DNA of 64,000 bases, from contig JAAOMT010000379.1 of NCBI GenBank assembly GCA_016748015.1, positions 360,095-424,094 on the forward strand, given 5' to 3'. Made by a program: the position numbers and the translations under genes. Of this stretch, positions 39,104-52,000 are shown one piece after another. The stretch comes from Geosiphon pyriformis uo1 (taxonomy: Eukaryota; Fungi; Glomeromycota). The notes under the pieces were generated by a model. The model had not been told where the DNA came from and did not search any database. It was given only the letters and a program-made list of their open reading frames with translations. Numbering within the stretch: position 1 is the stretch's first letter; every line of letters begins with the position of its first letter.

Positions 39104-41900
39104 TGTTATAATCGGATTAACAAGTTAATAAATAGCAAAAAACCAGTATTATATAGCATTAAATAATCAAAAATATAATTCAACTTTAATAAGTAAATTA
39201 AATTAGTAAGAATTTAATACACAAGATTAGTTTTATAAATATTTTAGTCACTATTCTTTTTCAAAAGATAACAAAAAAATCTGAAAATAAAGGAATAGTC
39301 TATAATGTTAACAAAAAATAATACATTAATATAATTTATGCTTTATATTAGTGCTCTTAGAATTTAATATCAAATATTAATTGTATTTTTAAGTAAATAT
39401 TTATTTAATATACTTTACAAAAACCAAGAAAAAAAAATAAAGAAATTAATATTATTGTATTAATCTGAGTATGATTTAAGTATAAATGCTTTTTTATGAC
39501 TTTGAAATGTTTTGCTTATATATTTTCAAAAAAAATCAATAATTAAATTAGTAATTACATTAATAATTTGGTTAAGTCAATAATGAGATCAATAATTATA
39601 TCAATAATTACATCAATATTTATATTAACAACTAGTTTTAAAAATAAGATGGTTAATTAGTGATATTAAAAATTAATACATATAACTAATTATAACCAAG
39701 TATATAAATAAAAGTTAAAAAGTAAAAGATTCAATAATAATATTATTTTTTTTAAAAATTAAGCTCTAACAAAATAAAATTATGCAAAAAAGTTTTAAAA
39801 TTTCTATCTGAAATTTAATTAATTTGTTAAAATTTTTAACTAACAAAATATAAAAAAGCTGTATAATATTAATTTTGAATTTAAAAGACCAAATTTTTAT
39901 ATAAGTATTTTAGCTTTTTTTGCTATAATCAAAATTTTTAAAACATTTAAACATATAATATTTATCTGAATTTTTAAAGTTGTTTTTTTTAAAAGCTTCA
40001 TATTTTCAATAATTTTACCAAGTTTTTTATATAATAATTTTTGGTTTATAGACAAAATTTTTTTTAATATTCTTTTAATTGTATTAAAAAATTTAAGTAT
40101 TTTGGCAATTATGTATTCAAATATATTTTTTTTTATCTTACTGCTGATTTTCTGTCTTTTTGTAACAGTTTTTTGAAAATTAATAACAGAATGCACTTTA
40201 ATTTTGTCTTTAATTATTATTTGTTTTTCAGTAGTAAACAAAGTATTTGAATAATTTTTTATCTAATAATCATAAAAAATAAGAAAAAAATTTAAATATT
40301 TTGGTCAAAAAAATATTTTTTATACTAATTAAAAATATATTTATTTTAAGATTAGAATAATTTTTCTTATATCTGTTTTGGTGTTTTATTGATAAATACT
40401 ATCGATATTACAATAACTAGTAATCAATCAAATCTTTTGTGATACTTTTTAATTTGTGTTGTTATTAGTAAAAAAAACAGAAATCATAATAAATAAAAAA
40501 TAACTAATAGCAAAATAAAAAATTATTGAAAGCATATAATATCAGAAATTTCAATCTGTTTTACTTTATTAAATAACCAATTAAAATAGAGCATCTATGT
40601 TTTAATAGCTTATTTTTTTATAATACTTAATATAATAATTGTATTTATCTAAATAAATAATTCAGCAAAAAAGTTTTTTGTAGTTCAGTTTTTTTTTGTT
40701 TTTTAATCAGATTAAAACTTAATAGTTAATATATATATTAAACTTTTTGTTTAGTAGATATTTATTTTAGTAATTGATAGATTATATTACTATTAAGCAT
40801 TTTTATTTAGTTATTGTATAGTTTTTTCTGCTTGTTATAAGATTTTACTATCATATATTATGATTTATTTATTTTTCTTCGTTTTTTTGTGATAAAACAG
40901 CATTATGAGAAACATCAAAAGCATTAATATAAAAAATAAACAGCTTGTTAAAGTTAAGTTGCTTTAAATTTAATTTAATAGTCAGTTTTTTTAAGAGTTT
41001 TAAATACTTTTTGTTGAAAAAAACTTCAATAATAATTAATATTTTTTCTTAAGAACTAAATAAAAAAATGTGCAATTTTAGGAAAATTTTTAATAAACTT
41101 TCAATAATATAAGGCTAGTGCAAAAAATTGTAATTCAGAAATATTTATTAATTATTTAAGCTTTTATACTTTTTTGATATTTTTTTGAATTTGAAAAAAT
41201 TCTATTTTTTATTAAAAAATGTCCTAAAAACTGGATAAATTGGTATCTAAAAAATAATTTAATAAAATTAATTTTAAGTTCAGTATTTTTTAAAAGATTA
41301 AAACTTTTTAAAGATGTTTTAAATATTTATCTTAAGGTTTTGAATATATAATTATATTATTTAAATATATAAAAACAAATTCTTGGTGTTTTTATTTAAA
41401 CATATTGTTGATTAATTTTTAAAATATGGACAAAATATTAGTTAATTCAAAAAACATTACAATAAATCTGTATTTTCTATACTTTGTAAAAATATAATTT
41501 TCTTTTTATTAACAGAATTCATTTGTATTTATTAAAATTTAATAGTTAAATTAATTATTGTAAAATATGCTAAGCTTCTAAATTTATCAAGAATATTATT
41601 AACTTTAGAAAAAAATACATATTTTGTTTAATAATTGTATTTAGTTAATAATAATCAACAAAAAATTGTAGTGTTTCTTTTTTTTGAATACTACTACAAC
41701 AAAAAATGTTTACTTATTTTTGGTTACTTGTTTAAATGCAAATTTTTTTATTCAATTTATTTTTTTTAATAAATTTATTATTTTATTGATTCAATTAATA
41801 AAATTTTAAATAGATAAGTTGGATATTTTTGGTTTTAATTACATATTAAATTAAATTTGTTTGGCCAAAATTTTTTTTTAATATTATTAACTTATTTAGA
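39104..41900 (-). mobile_element. Fossil Ty3/Gypsy LTR retrotransposon: RT and RNase H (40650-41720), downstream ORF remnant and 3' LTR (39104-~39742); integrase apparently deleted
   Basis: The minus strand decodes to VVVVFKK..LQFFVDY..LNT, YFTIINL, VMFFELTN, FVFIYLNNIIIYS (41356-41367 YLNN = YLDD), QFLGH, LALYY*KFIKNFPKIA, FIFYINAFD...AVLSQ and AEKNY. These are Gypsy RT/RNase H motifs eroded by G>A/C>T. The LTR begins TGTTATAATC. Confidence 0.85.
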
Positions 41901-42649
41901 ATTAACAGATTTTTAATATTTATTTTTCGATTATTTTTACTAAGTTTTTTTGGTTTAATTGCTAAAAATTAAATTTCAGGTATTTTTTTCAAATATTTTT
42001 TATATTGTTTTGATTTTTTTATTTAAAATTAAATTAATTAGTTCTTAATTCTTGAAAAAAAAAAACATAATTTATATTTATTACTAAAAAAGTAAAAAAA
42101 ATAGTTGTACTAACACTATATATAAGAACTATATTATCAATAATTTTATTTTGCTTTTTTTTTAGATTGTTATTTAAATATTTTTTTAAGCATATTATAA
42201 TATAATCAATAAATAAGTTTCTATTAACAACTAATTCTTTACTGTTGGTTTATATATTATTAAAAAAATTTTTATTATTACTAAAAAAATAAAAGCCAAT
42301 TCGTTTTTTTTTTTTTAAATTAGTAAAATTATTAAAGTTATTATTATTGTTGTTTTATGACTGTTGTTATTATATTACTGTAAAAAAACAGTTTAATATT
42401 AACATTTAATTACAGTTAATATGATTTTACTATAAACTATAAGTTTACAAAATGTATAATTCAAAAAAAATTTGTTTTTTTAACTATTAATTTTCAATAA
42501 TTATAATATTATAAAATAAGTTTCTTGGTATATTAAATGTTAATATTCTAGTCTTTTATAAGTTTTTTAATTTTATTTGTATGATAATATTAATATTATA
42601 CTAAAAACCTTTTTTTAATGTTATAATGTAAGTTATTTTTTAATTTTTA

Positions 42650-44634
42650 ATTATTGTATGTGTTTTATATACTTCTTTTTAGAAGCTAAATTAAAATTTA
42701 TTCATTGTTTTGGGGTTTTTTTTAAGGCTATTTTAATTATTTAATGTGTTTTTTTAATCTAAAAACATAAAATATTAAATGTTTTTAGTGTTTTTTTAAT
42801 TCTTACAATAAAGCTTTTTATTAAATTTTAAAACTATAACAATAGTATAATTTTTTATTTTTGAAACTTTTATATTAGTTTTAATATATATATAATTAAT
42901 TTTAATAAGAATAGTTTTAATAATTTCTAAGCTTTTTTTTTGTTTTTATAAATATTAATTATAAGTTTGATTAATAATTTATTGACTTTTTTTCTAATTG
43001 TATTTAAAAAATATTAGATTATAATATTAATTAATAAGTTATTATCTAATATTAGATTTAAAAAATATTTAGCTTATTTAATATATGTGACTTTAGTATT
43101 GTTTATTCTAATTTAAAAAATATTTTTTTGTCTAAAATCTCAATTTAAATTAATAATTTTATTAAAAATTTTGGCTTTTCTAATATAATTAATAGTTCTA
43201 TTAAAAACTTTGGCTTTTCTAATATAATTAATAGTTCTATTAAAAACTTTGGCTCTTTTAATATAATTAATAATACAATTGCTTATTTTTTTGATTTGAA
43301 TTTAAGTATAGAAATAGAGATCTATGGTTTGTTTTCTTTAACTTTGGTTGAGATGTAAATTATTGTATTGGCTCTTGAATGTGTTTTGGTTTCTTTTAAT
43401 ATTATAATTTTTTCTAATAGTTAAGCTTTTATAAATGTGTGTTAAAATAAATTGAAATTAAAAATACTTAATTTTTATAATAGGTGTTAGATTAAACATC
43501 ATTACATTAGTAATTTGGTTAAAAATAAGAGCATTTTTATAAATTAAACCAAAATAAAAAGCTATTTTACAATAGTAGACAATAAATATACTAATAGATT
43601 GACAAATTAAACTACTTTTTTAGAGCTTGTTTTTTCAGTAAATATTAAGAAAAAGTTTTTGTTGGCTAATAACAAGATAATATTTAACAATGTTTAACAT
43701 TTTATTATGATAGTATATAATATTATAAAACGTTTTTAATAAGAAGTTAGATCTGGTTTTAATATAATAAATTTTTTATGTATTAATAATATTAATTAGA
43801 AGCTTATTGTTTTAGTTTAGCATTCTGATTCTTACAAGATTGTTAGATATACAAGCAAATAAACTGATAGTCTATATATATACTTGATAAAAACACTATA
43901 TAAAAGATTGCCTATAATTGTTAAGAAGTATTTATATAACTATGATTATTTAAGCATATTGTATATATACTGTAATAAAATAAAGTCCTCAAATCATAGT
44001 TTTGTTTGCACTCTGAATTTGTTTACTTATCAGAAATTATTAAATAAGTATTTTTTTATGTAAAAGTTCTTAACTAATACAATTTTGGTTTTGTTTGCAG
44101 TTCTTCAATTATTGGTTTTATGTGTTTTTGATATAAGTTTGTATATAGTTTTATATAAGAAATATGTGTTTGAGAATTAATTAAAAGAAACCAAAACTTT
44201 TTTCAGAAATGCTAATTTAGTCATAATTAAATTGATTAAATTTGTTTAAAATTTGGTGGTTGGTTATAAAAAATAAATTTAAGTATTTAATTTAAAACTT
44301 CGGATAGACATAGATTATAAAATTTTGTTAAGTAAAAATAACTTCTTGTTTAATATTTTTTATAGCTTTTTTGCTAAGATTTTAGGTAATATTATTTGGT
44401 TGTTGAAGATTAAAAAGAGTTATATTATTAGTTTTGATTTAAGAATAGGTTATTTGTTTTTTAGTAATGTAAATAAAGAAGTTCTTGTTAACATAATTAT
44501 ATAGTATAGTCTTAATTGGCTGAATAACTGGTCACATATAGCAAGTATATGAATTATATTTAATTTAGAACTTTAGATAATTGTATTATATTAAATAGTA
44601 ATTAAGCTTTACTTGTAAATACAAATAAAAAAAA
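42650..44634 (+). mobile_element. Fossil 5'-truncated LINE (RNase H to poly(A))
   Basis: IYGLFSLTLVEM*IIVLALECV at ~43320-43390, V*HSD, and the 3' UTR motif CTGGTCACATATAG at 44528 followed by an A tail at 44627-44634. The 5' boundary is approximate. Confidence 0.8.
43152..43268 (+). repeat. 39-bp tandem repeat x3 inside the fossil LINE RNase H
   Basis: Units AATAGTTCTATTAAAAACTTTGGCTTTTCTAATATAATT start at 43152, 43191 and 43230. Confidence 0.9.
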
Positions 44635-45387
44635 TTTTTTTTTATAATTATATCTACTTAAAACTTAACAATAATTGAGTTTAAACTTAAAGTATTATTA
44701 ATAATTAAATAATTTAACCAATTTTTCCAAAAAAGTGTTTTAGAATATTTAAAAAATATAATTTTTATTAACAATAAAATTATTTATATATATAAAAACA
44801 GCAAACTTAATATAATAATTCAAAGCAAACTAGAATTTACAAAGTTTGACAACATAATAAGTTTTTTAATTTTAAATAAAATAAATTTAATAATATTTAC
44901 ATTAAAATTTATATTTAATATATTTATAACAAATATAATTTTAATATTATTAAAGCATAATTATATTTTTAATAATAATAAAATCTTAATATTAGGTTTC
45001 AAATATATTGTTTTAATAATTTTAGAAATCAGAAGTTTAAGATTATAATATTATTAACAAATCTTAAAATAATAACTTTTTAAAAACAATCTTAGTTAAT
45101 AAACATATTAATAATCAAATAATACTTTATATTTAATCTAAGTTTTTAGTTTTTTTGTGTTTAAAAAAATTTTCAAATAAATTACTGTCTTAAATAAAGT
45201 AACATTCTTAAATTAATTCTATTTAATATTATTTAAATTTTTAAAATTGTATTTTTAACACTTTTTATTAATCTATTTTTACAGAAAAGTTAATTAAAAC
45301 ATTTAAAAACTTATTTAATTCTATACAAATAAATACAGTTTTGTAATTAATATCAAAAAAATTACTTATATTATAAACTTTTTTTTA

Positions 45388-46236
45388 NNNNNNNNNNNNN
45401 NNNNNNNNNNNNNNNNNNNNNNNNNNNNNNNNNNNNNNNNNNNNNNNNNNNNNNNNNNNNNNNNNNNNNNNNNNNNNNNNNNNNNNNNNNNNNNNNNNNN
45501 NNNNNNNNNNNNNNNNNNNNNNNNNNNNNNNNNNNNNNNNNNNNNNNNNNNNNNNNNNNNNNNNNNNNNNNNNNNNNNNNNNNNNNNNNNNNNNNNNNNN
45601 NNNNNNNNNNNNNNNNNNNNNNNNNNNNNNNNNNNNNNNNNNNNNNNNNNNNNNNNNNNNNNNNNNNNNNNNNNNNNNNNNNNNNNNNNNNNNNNNNNNN
45701 NNNNNNNNNNNNNNNNNNNNNNNNNNNNNNNNNNNNNNNNNNNNNNNNNNNNNNNNNNNNNNNNNNNNNNNNNNNNNNNNNNNNNNNNNNNNNNNNNNNN
45801 NNNNNNNNNNNNNNNNNNNNNNNNNNNNNNNNNNNNNNNNNNNNNNNNNNNNNNNNNNNNNNNNNNNNNNNNNNNNNNNNNNNNNNNNNNNNNNNNNNNN
45901 NNNNNNNNNNNNNNNNNNNNNNNNNNNNNNNNNNNNNNNNNNNNNNNNNNNNNNNNNNNNNNNNNNNNNNNNNNNNNNNNNNNNNNNNNNNNNNNNNNNN
46001 NNNNNNNNNNNNNNNNNNNNNNNNNNNNNNNNNNNNNNNNNNNNNNNNNNNNNNNNNNNNNNNNNNNNNNNNNNNNNNNNNNNNNNNNNNNNNNNNNNNN
46101 NNNNNNNNNNNNNNNNNNNNNNNNNNNNNNNNNNNNNNNNNNNNNNNNNNNNNNNNNNNNNNNNNNNNNNNNNNNNNNNNNNNNNNNNNNNNNNNNNNNN
46201 NNNNNNNNNNNNNNNNNNNNNNNNNNNNNNNNNNNN
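45388..46236. other. Assembly gap (N run)
   Basis: Run of N. Confidence 1.
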
Positions 46237-47176
46237 AAATACTATTAATTATTTTATAAAGTATTAATATTAATAAATTAGCATATTAAAATACAAAATT
46301 GTAAATAAAAAATATATATATATATTAATATTGAATTATATAATAAAATAAAATAAATTGTTTTTTATATGTATATTGCAAATTTACTTTTTTTATTTAA
46401 AATATATTACAAAATTAATATCAGATATTTTATTAAATACTTATAACAAATTATTAAAAATAAAAATTAATAATTAATAATTAATAAATAAAATAAAATT
46501 TTTGTTTTTTTTGTTATATTTTTGGTTATTTAAAAATTTTTTTAACAAATATAAAAACAAATAATATTATAAAATATAAAATGTTTAAATTTTAAAAAAA
46601 TATTTTTTTTTCTCTTATATTTTTTATTATTTTATAAGAAATAAATTCTTTTATTTTGAAATTAACAGTTATTATTAGTAATAATATGATTAAAAAAAGT
46701 TGGCAAGAAGTTTTTTTATAATTTTATAAGTAATATACTTAGACAAAGGCAAAAAACTTTAATTATCAATATTAAATATTTAAGTAATAAATTTAATATA
46801 AATTTAACTAGGATTTTAAATAGTTTCTAACATAAAAGTTAATATAAACAAAAAAATAAGCAATTTTTTATTAATTAGAGTAGTTATAATATTAATAGTA
46901 AAAAAAATATTTATAAAACAAAATAAATTAATATTAATAAAGTAAATAGTTTTTTTTTAAATCTCTGAATTTAACATAAAAAAAATAACATTTTTTTTCT
47001 ATTGTACTATTAATTTGAACAAAATTTGAATTAATTCCAAAATTATGAAAATATTTGTTAAAAAATATTAAAGTAAAAAAAACTCTTTCTCTCTTACATC
47101 CAAAAAACTCCAATGAGTACTTTTCTGAAAAAGAAGTTTTTTTTATTTTTCTTGTTAATACTTTATCAACATTTCT

Positions 47177-49066
47177 TTGTCTAATAACTCTTTTGTTGTG
47201 GATTTGGAGGCTGCTTTGGGTGGCAACATGTCTAAAAAGAAGACACCTAAGGGTGTCTTTCATGATCTTGCTGGTGGTTCTTTTTCTCAAAAGAAAAAGG
47301 AACTTCTTGGCAATGTTAAACACTCTGACAATGAGAAAAACATATTTCTGAAGTCTGGTTCTAATACTGGTTCATTTTCTGATGTGAATAGCCTATCTGG
47401 TGATGATGAAGATGTTAGTATATCTGGTGATTTTGATGGCTCTCTCTTAGATTCGGCTGTTAATACCCCCAAGACTAAAAGGGTTAATACTGATGCAAAT
47501 TTTGGTTCTCCTATTGGTTCTCCCAACTTTGAAATAGATAAAGAGGTAAAGCTTTTTCTGGCCCCACTCAAGAAGAAAATTTCTTTGGATAGGATTTGAG
47601 TCAATCCTAAGATAGTTAAAACTCCTGTGGAAGTGACTGTCAAGAAGTTTTTTGCTCTGGATATTAATTTCTCAGCTGTGAAAAGAAATTTGGCTACATC
47701 AAAGACCCAGTTGATCAGAAAACTTTTTTCAAAAATCAATGGTTTTGGGGGGACTACTATACCCTCAAAATTTGAAGAGATTATTTGATTGACGTTTACT
47801 TCTGAAGAAAGCATAAAAAAAGTCATATCGTTGGCTGCTGAGAATAGGATCAGCGTAAACAGTGATCTTAAAAAACAAGGAGTGTGTTCAGATCAGGCTG
47901 TGGTTATTAAAAAAATTCACATGAATACACCAAAAGATATGATTGTCGCCACGGTCACCGAGTTTGGTGAAATTAGGTCGATTAAAATTCAACTGATTGG
48001 CATGTGGCAAAAGACAGTAATAGAATTTGCTGAATTGGATTAGGCTAATTGTTTGGCTCTCAAATGATCATTCTTAATCAAGAAAAATTCTGTGCGCATG
48101 GCTAAAGCTGTGGGAGATCGTGATATCTGGGCATCAAGGGATTAATTTAGGGCGCTTTTGTTTACTTTGCCAGTAGAGACAACAGTGCATGATCTTGTCT
48201 CACTTTTAGAAGCCGCTGGTGGAAAAACTTGCATCATCAACTGGTCATTAGAAACAGGTAATAGATTTCGCTGTGCAGTGGTTGGTTTTGGCTCTGATGC
48301 CGAATTGGAATCTGCCTTTTGTACTGAGCCTATTCTTAGTGATGTTTGACTTTTATGGGCTAGATTGGTTCAGTGTGGAAAGTGTGGGTATTTTGGTCAT
48401 TCAGCTCTAAAGTGTGATGTGTTGGATGTGTTATCTCCTGGACTCTTGCCTTCATATAAAAAATCTTTCTTTGGTGTGAATTGTCTGCAGTTGGCTCAAC
48501 TATATGCCAGAAAAAATGTTCCTGTTTCTTGGCTGGCAGCCTTTGATGGCAAATCTTGGACTTAAGTAGTCTCTTTTGCTTCCTCAGCTGGCCGTCAATA
48601 CTTTGTTTCTAGTTCCAGTTCTGGTTTTCTCTCCTCAGATAACTCCAATTTGGGTGCTGGCAAACCTATCTTTCCTGTTGACAATTTTTCTTTGGGTTCT
48701 CATTTGGTGGTTTTGGAGTGCTCTATGGAGCTTTTGGCAGATCAGGTTTCTGACTTGGTGTGTAAACTTAGCAACTTGGACTTGATGCTTTTAGGTCTAT
48801 CTCTATCATCTGGTGTTGTAGCTCTTTCTTCAGTTTTAGGTTTGGATTTTGGTGCTGATATGGTTTTGGATGATTTTGTAGAGGTCTTCCCATCTCCTTC
48901 TGGTAGTCTGGGTTTGGGTCCTAGCAGTTCAAAGATTTTGACTTCCAAGGTGGGTCTCCTGGAATCCAAGTTGGTGGCTTTGGAGGTCTCTATTGGTTTG
49001 GTTTTGGTGAAGTTAGATCTGTTGTGTGCTGGTTTGGGCTCTCATATTCAGTCTTCTTCCCAATAA
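47177..49066 (+). pseudogene. LINE B ORF1
   Basis: FGEIRSIKIQLIGMWQK, CGKCGYFGHSALKC knuckle, and a C-terminal LESKLVALE coiled coil. Many stops. Confidence 0.85.
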
Positions 49067-52000
49067 GCAATTTGATCTGAAAATTTGCTACATGCAACAT
49101 TTGTGGCATTAATGTGCTGGCTAAGCAAAAAGATGTGGTGCATTGGCATGTGGAATCTGGGAATATGGTTTCAATAATCATGGATCAAGAACAGATTTGA
49201 TGGGATGCATGTTTTTACTTCTGGTCTTAACAAAGGTTTTTTGGGGGCTGGGATAGCAATTATTATGAACAATTCTCTCGCTTGGCATGTCTCTAAGGTG
49301 GAAGAAATTCTTGGTTGTGTTATTTTTGTTCATCTCCTTTTTAAAGACAAAGTTTCTGTTTCGATTATTGGTTTGTATACTGGCGTCTTTTCTGGTGTTA
49401 GATTTGGTCTTGCTTCTGAAATCAATTCCTTCTTGGCTCATGTGGTCAACACCAGTAGTTTTGTTGTTCTGGGTGGTGATTTCAATGAGGATGGGTCTAA
49501 AAAAAGTGCAAGCTTTGGTTTCTGTTTAAGTTTGAGTCTGGTCAATTCTTTTGGTGGTCACTCCTTGGTTGGGGTGCTCATTTGGAGTAACTCAAGAGAT
49601 GTAACCAAAGTTATTGATTACATTTTTGTTAGTAAGTGTCTGTTGTCGGCCATGGCTAGGCGTAAGGTTGACTCTGTGTCTGAATTTTTTGATACTGATC
49701 ACTTGGCTGTTTTGGTTTCTGTTGGTTTGGGCAGTTTTTTGAATGCTCACATAAGTGGTGTATGTAAACAGGCTAATAGAGATCAGTGGAAGTTCAAATT
49801 GAAAAGTGTGGATGATACTGGATGGAATCATTTTAAGGAATGTTCCTCAAGAAAGTTAATGGCCAGGATGGTGGAGTTTGCTGATATAGAACGTAGTGGC
49901 AATTTGAATGCAATGTAGGAGATTCTCAAAAAGGCAATGGTGGATTCTGCTGATGCTATTTTTTCCAGGCTTTGGTTCAGTGAGTTTGATTGTACGAGAA
50001 ATAAACTTTTGTCAAGGTTTTACAGGTTAGAATTGCTAGTGTCCAAGATTGCCAAAAATTTGAGCTTGGGTTTGTACTTAATGGCTGACCACTTGGTTGA
50101 TATTTAGATGTCTGTTGATGAGGAGGAAGCTTCTAAGATCCGGCTTATGATTAATGATAAGATTGAGACTATGGTCATTCTGCATTACATCTCAGTTGTC
50201 AAAAAAAAATATTGATAATCCAAGTATTATGAGTTCAAATTTGCTAAGGATAACTCTATCAAGGATGCTGTGAAGAAACGCATGGAAAATTTTTGTTTGG
50301 ACAAAGGAAGAATGATTAAGAATATTTTGGATTGGCCTTTTAAGAAGGTTGTGCTAGATTACTTAATTGTTAATGATGAGCTCATCTTGGAACCTTTGGA
50401 GGTTAAGACTTTTATTGACACAATTATGGAAGGTTGGACAAGGAAGTGCCTGGACTTTAGTGTTAGTACTGGTTGCTGGTCTGATTAATATGCTCCTTTG
50501 AGTTACGTCAATGATGGAGCTTTCTTGGGTGTTATGGATGTTATTAATATGAGTGAGTTTTTGAAAGTTGTTGGAGATTTACCTGATAAGAAGACTGCTG
50601 AACTTTCTGGCATCCCTAATGAACTCTGGAAGCATGGTGCCCCAATTGTTATTGATGGTTTCTTGCGGATTTTTAATATGTGTTTGGTGTTTACAATGGT
50701 TTCCGACCTTTGGTGAAAATCCTGGGTCTCCATGATTCCTATGCTTTGTGATTGGAAGGGTGCTTTAACCAACACTAGACCTATAACTTTAATTAAGACT
50801 GCCTGGAAGATCTTGTCTAAGATCATTTCTGACAGAATTGTCTCAGCTTGCAGCAACTTTGACATTTTGCGTGGTGACAATTTTTTGGTATTGTGAGACA
50901 CTTTCACACAAACTCCCATATTCACTATTGGTTTGGTTGTTGAGGATGCTCTAGAGAAGAACAGGGAGTTGTGGCTGGTTCTTCAAGATATGCACAAAGC
51001 ATATGACTTTGTTGGTTGGTCTCATTTGCTCAGTAGTCTAGTCAGGATCAAAATGTGTCCCTGCTTTATAAAATTTTTTGGAGGCATACAAACAATAGGG
51101 TCAATTGGATCATGATGGATTTTGACTTGACTGATGGCTATGTTGTGCATGATGGCTTAGATCAAGGGGAGGTGTTTTCACTACTGTTGTGGAGGATCTT
51201 TTATGATCTACTGCTCTGTAAGGTCAAAAAACATAAACAATTGTATGGTTACAGGATGTGCTCTAAGTTTCATACTAGATCTGGGAAATCTGACTCTAGA
51301 AATGTTTTAACATCCTATTTTGCTGCAGGTGCCTTTGTTGATGACATGATCTAGGTTGGAAACTGCTTGACAGCTACTCAACAGATCCTTTACATTGCCA
51401 GCAAGTTTTTTTCTTTTAATAATATCTCCATAAACACTGAGAAAACAGTTGCTATTCCTATTAATCAGGGCGTTTGTGAGGCTGTTTTGCATATTAGTGG
51501 TTCGAGAATTTCAGTGGCCAAAAAAGGTGAATTTTATAGATACTTGGGCATTTTTTTGTCGATTGATAGTTTAGCCAAACCTAGTTTATCTAAGGCCCAT
51601 GATAATGTGAGGTTTTTTTTGAATGTGATTCTGAGAAAAACTATTACCGAAAAGCAATTCTTATATCTGGTTTCTGTTGTTTTACAACCTATTATTGGAT
51701 ACTGACTTCAGTTCAGCTTTGCTTCAAAGAGTGTATGTGGTAAATAGGACAGTATGTTGCAAAGAGTTCTTAAGCTAAAGACTAATTTGCCTAAGAACTT
51801 TCCTAATGAAGTACTTCACCATCCTGAGTTTTATGGCCTGAGAACCTTTGAGCAAGTGCTTACTGAGAACCTGATGGCCAACCTGGTAAAATTTTCTAAT
51901 TTTGGTGGGGTTCTTAGCAGATTTTTTGATCACAGGACTATGAATTTGCAATTGGCTAGTTAGATGCCCCAGCATCCTCTCTTTTTTCCAGTCCGGATAC

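Noticed and set aside
29845-40460. The 1.4-kb direct repeats flanking LINE A as paired LTRs or a giant TSD
   Set aside because: Both copies include the same LTR-adjacent internal sequence on the same side, so they are the 3' ends of two separate Gypsy insertions.
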